Counted from the stretch's first letter, positions 1-11,564 are shown. The stretch is DNA of 64,000 bases from Isurus oxyrinchus (GCA_026770705.1 JANJGN010000004.1:42346001-42410000), one strand, 5' to 3'. Translations and numbers: made by a program. The notes: generated from the letters alone by a model not told the origin.

Positions 1-130
1 TGCCTTCTGTTGCAAAAGAATTTCTTTGTTTGATCAGCTATTATTGATTTTTAATATTTTTGTATGTTCAGTTTTATTATCTTTTCATAATCTCCCTGAA
101 AATCTGCAATGGAAAATTGACTCTGCTATA

Positions 131-490
131 AAAACATAGAAATGTAGAAATTTTACAGCACAGAAGGAAGCCATTCGTCCCACTATTTCTGTGCTGGCAG
201 CAAAAGAGCTATCCAGTCCAATCCCACTTTCCAGTTCTTGGTCCGTAGCATTTGTAAACTATGGCATTTTAAGTGCATATTCAAGAATTTTTAAAAATGC
301 AATGAGTGTTTCTGCCTCGATCATCCTTTCAGGCAGTGAGTTCCAAACCTTCCTCTGAGTGGAAAAAATTCTCCTCCACTCCTCTCTAATCCTTGTACCA
401 ATTGCTTTAAATCTATGGCCCCTGGTTATTGACCTCTGCTAACAGAAATACATCATTCCTAACCAGTCTATCAGGGTCCTTCAGAATTTT
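131..490 (-). mobile_element. CR1-type LINE 3' fragment
   Basis: Reverse-complement CR1 3' tail (catagaaatgtagaaattttacagcacagaagg...gccattcg) followed by degenerate RT C-terminal sequence. Confidence 0.65.
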
Positions 491-554
491 ATTACATGCA
501 TTGCGTAATTTTATGCTATCGAATCTCTAATCCCATTTTTTGCACATGCTCCAG

Positions 555-600
555 ATGGCTTCAAGTCAGAAGATAACAATACTGAACGAACCGTAACAGT
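555..600 (+). other. Candidate 46-nt exon of an unidentified gene
   Basis: Branch-like CTAAT (527-531), pyrimidine tract and CAG acceptor; GTAAGT donor at 601; one frame reads (D)GFKSEDNNTERTVT. Confidence 0.25.
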
Positions 601-961
601 GTAAGTTACTAATATCAGGATCTCTTATTCTACAATAGTATAAACTCTCTGCAAAATTCAGTAGCAGTCATTTTTTCCTAATTTTCTTTCATCCAGTCAT
701 CTAAATTTGTTTTTGTATTCAGTTTAAATTATAATGGACACTTGTTACATGGCCTCAGAGATTTGAGATAAGACAGAGCAACCTGAGGAGACCATATATT
801 GAGACTTAATGAGCCTGATAAAATGAATTATTTAGCACAGAAGGAGAACGGATTAAAATTAAAACATTTTGTGCTCCCTTTCAGGTTTTAACATTCACAA
901 CCTTGATCCAAATTGTGCACTCTGGATAGTGGTAGACAATACTCAATTGCCATTACATAAT

Positions 962-1223
962 GGGGCAGAATTTGCTGAAAAAAGTAAGTGTGAATGATGC
1001 ACACCATTAATAATTCCAGCAATTTGTGGTGAGGAAAAGATGCCCTGCAAATTGCAAATCTCCTCAAGTTGTTGGACAATTCTTGCTGCTCCACTGTTGG
1101 CTTTGTGAAAGCATCTAATCCTTAAACTCCCCACAAGCTTTATGATGTTGCTGTATATGCACATTAATTGCCCATAAACTCGCTGCAGAAAGGTAAATCT
1201 AGTAATAAAAAACCTAAATTCCC
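962..1223. mobile_element. Degenerate MITE-like repeat
   Basis: Starts GGGGCAGAATTT (Harbinger-type terminus); internal tgtgaatgatgcacaccatta recurs at ~2211-2231. Confidence 0.35.
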
Positions 1224-1707
1224 TTTAAATTGTGCTACCTGCAAATGGGGCTTCTTGATGGGATTGTTGGTTGCAGAGTTATCTCGTTAATTTCTTACAA
1301 GGTCAAGAAACTTTTCTCTCAGTCCTTGCTGTCAGTGGTTTATGTTGATACTCATCATTTCAATCAATATTTCAGAATTCCACAAGAAAAATCAATTTTC
1401 CACTGCCAGCAACCAGCAGTCAAATCAGGTGGAAAATGGAACTCAAGCCTGTCAGGACCAGTTAATCAGATGTTACTTTCTCCCATTGTTGATTGTGCAC
1501 AAACTGAAGACAGGAAAACTATAACCTGAATTGATTGTTCCTGTGAATCACAGTTGCAGGCTAGTTTATTTGGGGTTTGTCCTCAAAGAGATTATATATA
1601 GCAAGGTGTTAAATGCAGCTTTTAAGAACTAAGAACTCCTTATTTTCATCAAATAAACTTTATCGAGCATGCTTTTATCCCATGTGAAGGCTTAATTCCT
1701 TAAAGAT

Positions 1708-1920
1708 AAAAGCAAAAAACTGCGGATGTTGGAAATCCAAAACAAAAATAAACATACCTGGAAAAACTCAGCAGGTCTGGCAGCATCTGCGGACAGGAAC
1801 ACAGTTAACATTTCGAACAGTTCTATTGAAGAGTCATATGGACTCGAAACATTAACTGTGTTCCTCTCCACAGATGCTGCCAGACCTGCTGAGTTTTTCC
1901 AGGTATTTTTATTTTTGTTT
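1708..1920. mobile_element. Short Penelope-like insertion made of inverted pLTR fragments, with 16-bp TSD
   Basis: ~75-bp inverted repeat (cctggaaaaactcagcaggtctggcagcatctg / cagatgctgccagacctgctgagtttttccagg) matching the Penelope 3' end at ~29150-29240; flanked by ttaattccttaaagat at 1692-1707 and 1921-1936. Confidence 0.85.
1817..1859 (+). ncRNA. Degenerate minimal type I hammerhead ribozyme motif in Penelope pLTR
   Basis: Stem I ACAGTT/AACTGT; core CTATTGA (cf. CUGANGA); stem II GAGTC/GACTC; GAAA; short stem III. Confidence 0.5.
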
Positions 1921-2336
1921 TTAATTCCTTAAAGATTAGTTGTAGATACTTTTTTGAGATAAGGTGGCAATGAGAGTTAGATTCGTATTGATTTTCAGGC
2001 ACTTCGGGTTGACATGCTAACCATTGTCTCTCAGGGCTTTCAAGATCTGATAGTGAACACAAAGATCATTGAGTGACCTCACCACCCCCACCTCCCTGAA
2101 AGTGGATTGGTCACCCACCTCCAACATGCCTCATTAGAAAAGTGGATGGATTAAGGTCAAATTTAAATCTTTGGGGATTAAAATTCCCTCCATACTGTCT
2201 GAACATCCGGTGTGAATGATGCACACCATTATTAAATTCAGCAACTTCCTAATAAAAAAAGTGTAACTGTAGGCAATTATAATACTCTCAGTGCCTCCTC
2301 TTCCAATCTGCATTTGGGAACCTAGATACACATTGG

Positions 2337-2508
2337 GAGTGAAAATCATCTTGGGCAGTAGTACAAAATGGGCACTAGTAAATTGATACCCTGCCCGTTT
2401 ACACTCCACCCAATTAAGTTGGCAGTAAAGAAGATCAGGTGGGGCACAAAACCAAAGGTTAATTCACTATCTAACCTTTTATGCTAGTGCACAAGATAAA
2501 TTTCACTC
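2337..2508. mobile_element. Short palindromic MITE
   Basis: gagtgaaaatcatcttgggcagtagtacaaaa is an imperfect inverted repeat of ttttatgctagtgcacaagataaatttcactc; a relative lies at 16440-16603. Confidence 0.55.
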
Positions 2509-2564
2509 ATTGATGTAAATTACCCTATTATGTATGTAGGATTTGGATTTGGTTTAATCTCTAA

Positions 2565-3266
2565 GGCCAGAATTTTTACCTTGATGGGCTTGTGGGCCCC
2601 ACCGGCTTGGCGGTGGGCGGGCAGCTGAACTCCGCCGCCGAAGCGGGGCCCGCTGCCATTTTGAGTGGGTGGGCCAATTAAGACCTGCCCAGCGGCCTGC
2701 TCAACAGGAAGTGCTATGCACTTCCTGTGCAGGGGGCGGGGGGAGGAGGGATTCCCCAACTATCAAAGTGTACTCTTTCACACATGCGCACAAAAGAGCG
2801 CACATCTTCCTGAGACTAAGTGCTGTCTCAGGGAGATTACTGACAGTATAAAAATCTTTAAAAATAGAAAAATATTAAAATTATTAACATGTCCCCCTCA
2901 TGTGACAATGTCACACAAGATGGGACATGTTAATAAGAAGCACATAAACTTTATTAAAGTTTTTAAAAACGGACATGCAACCCCATCCCGCCGGTGGATG
3001 AGGTTTCATGTATTATCAGAAGCCCGCTGGGTCTCCTGGCCTGCCCGCCAACCTTAAGGTTGGACGGGCAGGGTGTTTAACAAGCTTAATTATCCTGTCA
3101 ATGGCCTTAATTGGCCATTGACAGGTCGGTGGGGTGACAGCTGATTTTGCTGCCCACCTGCCTTCCTCAATATTTAAATTGACCGGGATGATGTCGGGGG
3201 TTCCTCCCAACTTTCCCATCAGCAAGTGGGCCCCGTCCCCAAATCTCCGAGGGGAAAATTCTGCCC
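2565..3266. mobile_element. Non-autonomous Harbinger element (MITE, ~700 bp), complete
   Basis: TIRs GGCCAGAATTTT / AAAATTCTGCCC; TAA TSD at 2562-2564 and 3267-3269; ends resemble those of elements A, B and F; other copies at 5710, 8694 and 13585. Confidence 0.9.
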
Positions 3267-3291
3267 TAAGTATTTTGTTTCCTTTTTTATA

Positions 3292-4155
3292 GGGTAGGAT
3301 TTTTCAGATGGTTGGGTTTCCTGCCCACCACCAGAAAATTTGGCAGGAAAGATATCCCCACCAATACAGACTGTCCCACAGCCATTTATCATTTCACGGA
3401 ATGTTAATTGGCTAAGGGTGAGACTTCCACTCCCATCTGGGGAGGAAGTCCTGCCTTAAACAGCTGTTGGCTAGTCGGATGGCTGGCAACTCTGGCAGCC
3501 AGCATCTAGCAGCGCCAGGCTCAAGCAGCAGCCACTGCTGGGACTACAGGCAGTCACCAAAGAAGAGGAGGTAATGGAGGCTGGACTGAAGGTAAGTCTT
3601 GGTTATTGGTGGGGCCTGGCAGGTAGGCTTTCTTTCATGGGGTGTGGGCATCACTGGCTAGGCCAGCATTTATTGCCCATTTCTAATTGCCATTAAGAAG
3701 GTGCTGGTGAGCTGCCTTCTTGAAGTGTTGCAGGCCATGTGGTGTAGGTACACCCATTGTGCTGTTAGGAAGGAAGTTCCAGGATTTTGATCCAAGCTCC
3801 CATTGAGGGGAGTGACAGGGTTGGGGGTCGGGATTGAGATGCTGGGGGAAAAGTTAAAGGGGTGGGGCGGTGCCTCCGATGGGCACAGGGGACCCCCAAA
3901 GGAGGTACCGCCCCTTACCTGACAACAGCCCAAACCACTAAATCTGCAGGGTTACCCACTTGGTGAGGGCCTCCTGCCACGGATAAAATAGCAGTGGTGG
4001 AGGGATGAGGCACTTAGGATAGCCACTAATTGACCACATTCGATTCAGTAGGTCCAAGGGCCTCCAGGTCGGAGGACAGGTGGGCAGCAGGCAGGCCATG
4101 TGCTGCACTTTGCGAGCCTTCAGACCTGCCGGTGGGGGACTGTAATTATCCACCC
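3292..4155. mobile_element. Non-autonomous Harbinger-like element (second MITE family)
   Basis: Termini GGGTAGGATTT / AATTATCCACCC; ATA on both flanks; subterminal TAATTG motifs. Confidence 0.55.
3641..3795 (-). mobile_element. LINE 3'-end fragment nested in MITE
   Basis: gccagcatttattgcccatttctaattgcc...gttccaggattttga resembles, from recall, an abundant elasmobranch LINE 3' end; AATAAA on the minus strand. Confidence 0.5.
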
Positions 4156-5026
4156 ATAGATAGTGTGTAGCAATAAATAATAAGTTAAATTTGTTCATTC
4201 CCGGAATGTTTTAGGGTGTAATACATAAGGGTAAAATTTGGCATACTGCTGTTTAGTTTTTGCTGAAAGTGCTGAATGTGCATCTTGTGCCTTTTGTCTT
4301 CATTTTCTGATCACATTGTAAAATGAGATCACCAAGGTAGTCTTCTTATAGGCAGTGGAACAGTGGAGCCCAGGATGATTAGTTACATTCCAAAGGGTAA
4401 ACAAGTTGCACCTGGTGTTTTGGTGGAAATATCTCATTTCTGGATGTCTTGTTCACAGTAACATTTGTTATGCCATAATGAATCGGCAAGGACAGCATTT
4501 GTGAGAAGTCACCTATAAAGGTCTTGAGCTTTCTTTAATAATTTGTAGTGACAGTCAGGCTCTAAGTTTACATTACTATTCAGGGAAGCTGGGGCTAACA
4601 TTGTTTGTATCTCTGTATGTCTACTACTCAAAGACATGTATTGTGTCTGGCCTTGCTCAAATGCAATTAATGTAATATATTACAAACCATATTTTATGTC
4701 AGATTTAAACTGTCTTACGATAAAACTCGGGGCCTTATTACATTGGTGCTTGCTGCCTGCCAAACTGGATGAATTTCACAGCTCCTCAAAAAATGTATCA
4801 ATGACTTGATGAATTCATATCCAGATGGCACCCTGGGTTATATTGCACATATCCTCTGTAAGTGCTTGAAATGAGCTGGTTGCATGAAGAAAAAAGTTGC
4901 AATCAACATTTCCACAGTTGCAGGTAAAGCTACCCATGACAGATAATTTTAACTACAGGGTCTTCATGTAATAGCTGACATAACCCACTATTGCCTCTTT
5001 GTGTTACCGAGATTTTTTTGGCAGGG

Positions 5027-5700
5027 TATTATGACACAGCCGATGGTAAAAGCTGAGTTGCTCAAATCCCAGAGGGAAACTTGAACTAACCGTCATAACC
5101 CACTTTTGCAATTTGTATGTTTTGAGATGCAGGTTTTAAATTCAGTAGTAATAAGCTCACTGAGTCTCAAGAGGTTTTTTATAAAACGTTTATTAATACA
5201 AGAAAAATTGTAAGCACATACATATGTCTACAAAATTACTACTATAATAACTACAAAAATCCCCAAATTAATCTGACTCTGAGTTACACCCCCGTTAAGG
5301 CAACAGTAAAACTCATAGATTTAAAAAGACCCCAGGCAAAGCACATTTGACCTTACAAATTCAAAATGAGGTTCTTTGCAGACACAGTTGCAGGCATACA
5401 GGCTGGTTAGATCTTAAATGCCTCTGCCTTACACACAAAATCTCCTGTCTGTTTATACTTAGCTTTTCCTTTGAATGTAAATTTCCCATTGTATTACTAG
5501 GTTTTTTTATTTAACCTCTTCTAACAATAACATCTTTTGATTACACCAATTTTATTAGTAAGCTGAAAAAAACCACATTTCTTGGCGCCCTTTAGCCATT
5601 CTTTTGAATGCTTTATTTAAAAATGCAAATTACCCCCTTGACACCTATGTTTCTAAACTTTCCCATGTTTATCTAATTACCATTTCACCTACTTCTTCCT
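5027..5700 (-). mobile_element. Partial solo LTR related to the Gypsy LTRs at 24981 and 30270
   Basis: Reverse complement shares ctgttgccttaa, ttattaataaa, tacaaattgcaaaa, aagtttcc..tg.gatt and the terminal cataa.a with those LTRs. Confidence 0.7.
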
Positions 5701-5709
5701 ATTTAATTA

Positions 5710-5992
5710 ATGAAACCTTCATGAAACCTCATCCCGCCCGTGGATGAGGTTCCATGAAAAATGCAAAGGCCACGTGGGCTCTTTGCCTGCCCACCAACCT
5801 TAAGGTTGGACAGCAGCCCTCTTAATTGTTTTAATGACTATATAAATGGCCTTAATAGGCCTTTGACAGCTGCACACCTGCCGAACTGAAAGTCTAAATG
5901 ACGCGTGGTGAGGTCATGGCGCCCGCCCGATGTCACCACTCATCATTTTATGCGTCAGCGGGCTCCTGCTCACCAACCCGAAAATTCTTCCC
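5710..5992. mobile_element. Right half of Harbinger MITE (2565-3266 family)
   Basis: catgaaacctcatcc...ggatgaggttccatg hairpin, ccaaccttaaggttgg palindrome, terminus AAAATTCTTCCC. Confidence 0.8.
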
Positions 5993-5995
5993 TAG

Positions 5996-6245
5996 AAGTA
6001 ATTTCTTTACCAAGAGAGTGTAGAAAGCATATAACTTGCTACCAGACAGAGTAGTTGAGGCAAACAGTATAGATGTGTGTAACGGAAGTCAGATAAGCAT
6101 AGGAGGGAAAAGAGAATCAAGGGTTATGTTGATACAGTTAGATGAGGAAAGATGAGAGGCATTATCAAATGAAGCATTAGTGCTAGCATGGAGGGTTGGG
6201 CTAAATGGCCTGTTTCTGTTCTGTATATTCTATTGAATTCTATGT
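5996..6245 (+). mobile_element. CR1 LINE 3' fragment
   Basis: ttctttaccaagagagt...ttgggctaaatggcctgtttctgttctgtatattctat, a typical CR1 3' end with simple-repeat tail. Confidence 0.7.
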
Positions 6246-6329
6246 GGATTGAAGGGCTAATTTTATGAATGTCGTTCTCCAGTGGGGAATCCAAACTCCT
6301 TCTTATGATTCAAAAGCTAAATACTAGAA

Positions 6330-7026
6330 ACATGAAATAAAAACACAAAATGTTGGAAATATTCAGCTGGATCAGGCAGCATCTATGGAGGGAGAAACAG
6401 AGTTACCATTTCAGGTTGAAGACCTTTGATCAAAATTGGAATAAGTTAGAGGTGTAACAGGTTTCAAGCAATTATATGGGCAGCAAAGGGTGGGGAGAGA
6501 AGATTGTTGCATTTCTGGCTTCTTTATACACTCACCAATCATACACACAGGATTGATAATCTATAAGTAGGTTGGATTTATTTGAAGACTACAGGATAAC
6601 TCAACAAACTGGTCTACTCTAGGGATTCAGCAACCACCATTACTCACAGCAACAACTGCACTGACTGACTGTCAGTCACATGCTGCTTCACATTCAGGTT
6701 CCTCGATGATACGTGTGCATCATTGCATATTCTCTTAAAGTGATATCACAACAATGAGGAAAGAACAAACGGGAAGGCCTATGATAGAGTCAAAGCTAGG
6801 ATATGTTAAACATAAAATAAATGATGGTGCAAGGTAAATGAGGGTGTTGAAGTAAAGAAACAAAATATGGACTTTCACAGGTGTAAGTGGCAATAACAGA
6901 ATCAATACCAACAATGCCCAATAAAATGGAAACAGTCCTTCTGATTTATATTGTTGAACTGAATGTTGAGACAAGAGAGCTGTAAATTGCTGAATCAAAA
7001 GATGAGGTACTGTTCCTGGAGTTTAT
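6330..7026 (-). mobile_element. Penelope-like 3' end/pLTR remnant, interrupted by a probable solo LTR
   Basis: tgttggaaatattcagc...caggcagcatctatggagggagaaacagagtta matches the other pLTRs; aagatgaggtactgttcc matches the ORF end (EQHLIF). Confidence 0.7.
6505..6753. mobile_element. Probable short solo LTR
   Basis: TGTTG...CAACA termini interrupting the Penelope remnant; TSD not clear. Confidence 0.4.
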
Positions 7027-8440
7027 GGGCAGAATTTTATGGTCCCCTGCTGATGGATTTGAGGTGGGATGTACTCGTAAAATGCAGCATGTAGCTTGCC
7101 CACCGCCTACTGGCCCATCCCGACCTGTCTCCCATTTTACAGGGAGAGGTAGTGGCGTTGGATGGCCTGCCTGTCCTTGGGCCCATTGAGGCCCAATTAA
7201 TGGTCACATAAGTGTGTCATCTCATCCCTGCCACTATTTTACCCCTCCCCTTATTACTTTTTCCCAATTTACAGGCTGCAGATGTCTCCCCTGACCATGA
7301 CTATTCCATTGTCAGCCCAGTACTGAACCAGCCACCCCCTCCGGACCCGTGCGTGAGGCACTAACCACTCCCTGCACAGCATGGACTTCACCACCTCCAT
7401 TGAGCAGACAGGCCTTGCCCCTGCCTGGACTGGACCATGAGATGCATGCCATGCATAGCCTTGTAGCATGGCCCAGAAAGCTCCAGGACTGCCTTTAATC
7501 TCTCACCCCAACCACTTAGTCTCAGCTCCAGGACTATGTCTGACATTCATCCCCCGGCTTCCTTCAGGACTCACCCCCTCCACCCGCCCCCCCGCGCCTC
7601 GCCCCCCCCCAGCCCCCACCCCCATTCTAGTCATGTGTCTGCATGCACCTCTTCCCTCTTGAGCAACATTAACTCCCTCTACCCCCAGTCTTGAGACTGC
7701 ATTCCCTCCCTCTCGTGACCTACTAATCCCCACCCATCATTTCCCCAAATTTGCGGCCACTCCTTCAATGTCAGGCTCCAGCTCCCCCATCATCCCTCTG
7801 CCTGCCATCTCCCATGCCCCATCCCTCCCTTGTTTCCTTAACCCCTACCCATTTCCAGTCATCCCTCTGCCTCCATACCCCTCTGCCCTCCCCTGCTCCC
7901 TTCACCCGCATCTCTCTGCCTGTTCCACCCCATTCGCTTCCCAAACCCCCTCCATCCCCATGCTGGACTCTGCTGGTAGAGTGCAGCACTCAGTGCCAGC
8001 AGCCCTCCCTGCCAACCCCCCACCAGCCTCACCTGAGAGAGCAGCTTTGACAGCAGTGATGAGTCAGGGAAGAAGTGAGAGATGTTGCAGGTAGGCTTAG
8101 AATGGTGTACGCATCTTGAAGTCATGAGTAAAGTGAAGGGGGATAGGAGCATGCCACTTTATATCCAGTCGTAAATCAGACCAGACTAATTTCCTGCTGG
8201 CATGCTACGTAATTAGGAGGGAGAACGTGATTAGGGCGAGTTGCATTTTTAATGAGCTTTCATGATATATTAATACATGCAAATGGGGTTCCTGACATGG
8301 AACAGCGGGAAAGTCAACCTGCCATTAGGCTGCCATGAAATTGCTGAGGAAAAGATTCTGACTTGTTTTCCTGCCAGCAGAAATCCAACTTTTGGCCTCA
8401 CTCCGGATTTTCCGCTCCCACCTCTCATGATTCCGTCCTT
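7027..8440. mobile_element. Non-autonomous Harbinger-like element with C-rich low-complexity interior
   Basis: Left TIR GGGCAGAATTTT after TAT; ggcccaattaa motif; degenerate right end ATTCCGTCC; C/T-rich core ~7560-8040. May be two adjacent elements. Confidence 0.55.
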
Positions 8441-8659
8441 CATTTCTATTCTGTAAATTAAGGAGACCTGCATTTTGCAATGCATTGTAATTACTTGTAT
8501 GTTGTTATGATCATAATTGTGCAATCCTTTTATTATTTCATACTTCTTAATTTTTATTTTAATGATTGTCTATATGTTATGAATTATGATTACTTGCTTT
8601 ATTTGTATCATCATCACAATTTGGCACCTGCCGCCAAGATGATTCTTCAATAAGCCAAT

Positions 8660-9835
8660 TATCTATCTATCTGCTGTTGAAATCTTCATCCATGGGCAGA
8701 ATTTTCTCCGGGCGGGCCTGACCCAATCTCCTGCGGGCGGGGAGCCGATCCCCGCCAGCAATCCGGGCCCAGCCACCATTTTATGTGGGCAGGCCAATTA
8801 AGGCCCTCCAAGCATGATGTCCGGCGGGAAGCGCCAGGCGCTTCCTGTGCAGGCGGGGACGATTCCCTAAAAGCGAGAGTGCGCTCTTTCACGCATGTGC
8901 ACAAAAGAGCGCACATATCCCTGAGGCTTAGTGCTGCCTCAGGGAGATCTCTTCCACTTTGATCAATATTAAAAATAGAAAAAAAAAATTCCTTAACATG
9001 TTCCCCTCAGGTGACAATGTCACATGAGATGGCACATGTTCATAATTTCCAGGTTAACTTTATTAAAATTTTTAACACCCTGCATGAAACCTCATCCCGC
9101 CGGTGGATGAGGTTTCATGTTTTCTCTATTTGCCTCAATTGGCCATTGACAGGTCAGCGGGCGCACAGCTGATTTTGCTGTGCTCCCGCCTTCCTGAAAA
9201 TTTAAATGGGGCGGGATGATGTCGGGGGTTCTGCCTGACGTCATCCCGCATCATTTTATGCATCGGATTCTGCCCTATGTCTTTGTCACCTCCAGATTCC
9301 ACTAAGCCAAACTTCACTTGGTCAGCCTTCTATCCTCCACACTCCATAAACTTGAGCTCATCCAAAGCTCAGTTGCCAGTATCCTAACTGGCACCAAGTT
9401 GTGTTCACCCATCATCTCTGGTCTTGCTGACTTACACTGCTTCCCAGTTTCCCAATGACTTATATTCAAAATTTTCATCCTTGTGTGTAAATCCTTCCAT
9501 GGCTCTACCCTCCTTATCTATATAACTGTTTTCAGCGTAACAATCCCCACTAAATATCTGTCCTCATGATGCCAGCCTTTTGTGTTTTCTCCCAACCACT
9601 TGCCAATTACAAGTGACAATGCTTTCAGCCCTCTGGGCATCATGTTCTGGTATTCCCTCACTAAATTCCTCTACCTCTCTTTCTTTAATGCCTTCCTTAA
9701 AATCCACTCAGTGACCAGCTTTTCGTCACCCCTTCCAAACGTCTTTCTTGGCTTGATGTTCATTTTTTTCCGCTTCTGGCTCCCTGAAACATTTTCTATA
9801 TTATTCATACTATATAAATGAAAGCTGTTGTAAAT
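8660..9835 (+). mobile_element. L2-type LINE 3' portion, interrupted by MITE
   Basis: Degenerate frames read EIFIH-[MITE]-VFVTSR...TLHKLELIQSS...PIISGLADLH...FKIFILVCKSFHG, typical of the L2 RT C-terminus; tail tatataaatgaaagctgttg. Confidence 0.75.
8694..9275. mobile_element. Harbinger MITE (2565-3266 family)
   Basis: GGGCAGAATTTT ... ATTCTGCCC; flanks CAT/TAT; colinear with 2565-3266 apart from internal deletions. Confidence 0.9.
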
Positions 9836-11203
9836 TACTAAGGGATAATAATTTACTGTTTGAATGGCAAATGAGAGAGTCATTTATTTCATCGTGAATT
9901 TCCCCTAAGATATTTTCACTCCTTCATCATTTCAGCGAGCTGGGAGTGAGGTGGAAGCTCCATTCATGTATGTAAGTGTGGTTTCCACTGCAAACCAGTT
10001 AAGTTACAGCAGCAGAGCAGGAGCCAATGAGGAAATTCCCAGCATATTGTTCGTTTACTGCCTAACATCTGTTGACCTGGATATAGGCCGCAACATGTTC
10101 CAGCTTTAGCCGATACTGCGGTCACTGGGTGGTGCTGTTGCATAATAAGCAGAAGGAAAATAGTTTGTAGTATTTAATTCATAATTTGAGTGTAGCAGCA
10201 AAAAGGAAAAAGTTATTCTTGAATTTTGTTGAATGCAAGCTTATCAACTGTAACAAAAAAAAGACATGATACATATAATAATGATCCTTAAACACTTCTC
10301 AAATAGCGAATGAACCACATCATTGGTATAATGATGATGGCCATGAAATTACTCAAAGCTGCACCTATCTTGTCAATATTACTTCACTAGAAGTGCAGCA
10401 GATAACGCGTTTTGGTGAACCAATGATGACAAAGCATGAACATGGAATTAAGCCTAAAAATTGAATAAACCAGCTGTGTAGGGCACAAAATGTATATAAA
10501 ATGGCTAAGCATCAAGTTTGGAAAAGTCTTTTTGTCCATGAAGACATGCATGTGCTTCTGATCTCCTGTATGGAGCTTCCTGTAGTTCAGCACCACCTCC
10601 CTAACCAAATACCTTATGGAGACAACAAGCATACAAGTATTTCACAAAGGATGTGAACTTTATACATGCTGACAAAACCCACTACCGTCCTTGACTCAAT
10701 GCTTGTTGCTCTGCTGCCTAACTACACCGAAGTTGTGAATGAGCCAAATCTTCTCCTAGCTAAACATTTATAAGATGGAAGCTATCCTGGTTGGATCGTG
10801 CCAAACTCTCTGCACCTTAGTCTCTGATTCCATCTGCCTCCCATCTGCTTGTTAATGCTAATGCTAATTCCAATGGTGTACAAACCTATTGTGCTTTTCT
10901 AACCTAAGTTGAATTTCAAATCAGAATTAATTCACCACCAAGGTCACCTATTTTACTTCTGTATCATATTGCCTGCCTTTATCCATACTTCACCCCCACT
11001 GCTGTTGAAACCTGCCTCCTTCCCCAACCCTTGTACTAGTGCCTGTTTCAGATGTAGGTGATGATGATTAGTATATAGTAAGTGTTCTTTGACTGTATCT
11101 TGAAGACTCTTGATTTTCCTTGCTCTGTAGACACTAAATAAATGTGAACACCACTAATATACAAATCAAAGTTCATAGTAGGTTAAAAAAATGTATTTAA
11201 ATA

Positions 11204-11433
11204 TGTTATAGAGTTGATCTTCAGATAACTTTTGTTAGTGGAAACATTTAACTTTATTTACATAGCAGCAGCAACTACACATGTGCATCAAACTCCACAA
11301 CTAGAGAAGAATTCTCTCCTATAGAGGTTCCCCGCGCTGCTAACACATTGCTTTACATAGATCATGTGATCATACAACACAGGATTATTCTTAAAGCTAC
11401 AGTCCTATGTCTCCCAAAATTATAATTACTACA
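11204..11433. mobile_element. Possible short solo LTR
   Basis: TGT...ACA termini; shares tttattt, tcatgtga/tcacatg and tcttaaag motifs with 6505-6753. Confidence 0.35.
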
Positions 11434-11564
11434 GGATACCATAATTCAAGGTTAGCATGTTGCCCTGTAAAATTGGCATGTGAAATTATTCTGGTTCTTC
11501 CAAGAGGCTTCTATTTTACTTGTCAATGTGGCTGCTGCCTTTAAGGCTGAGGCAGTCCACAGGC

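Noticed and set aside
7468-8152. Overlapping Pro/Gly-rich ORFs on both strands
   Set aside because: Low-complexity interior of a non-autonomous transposon.
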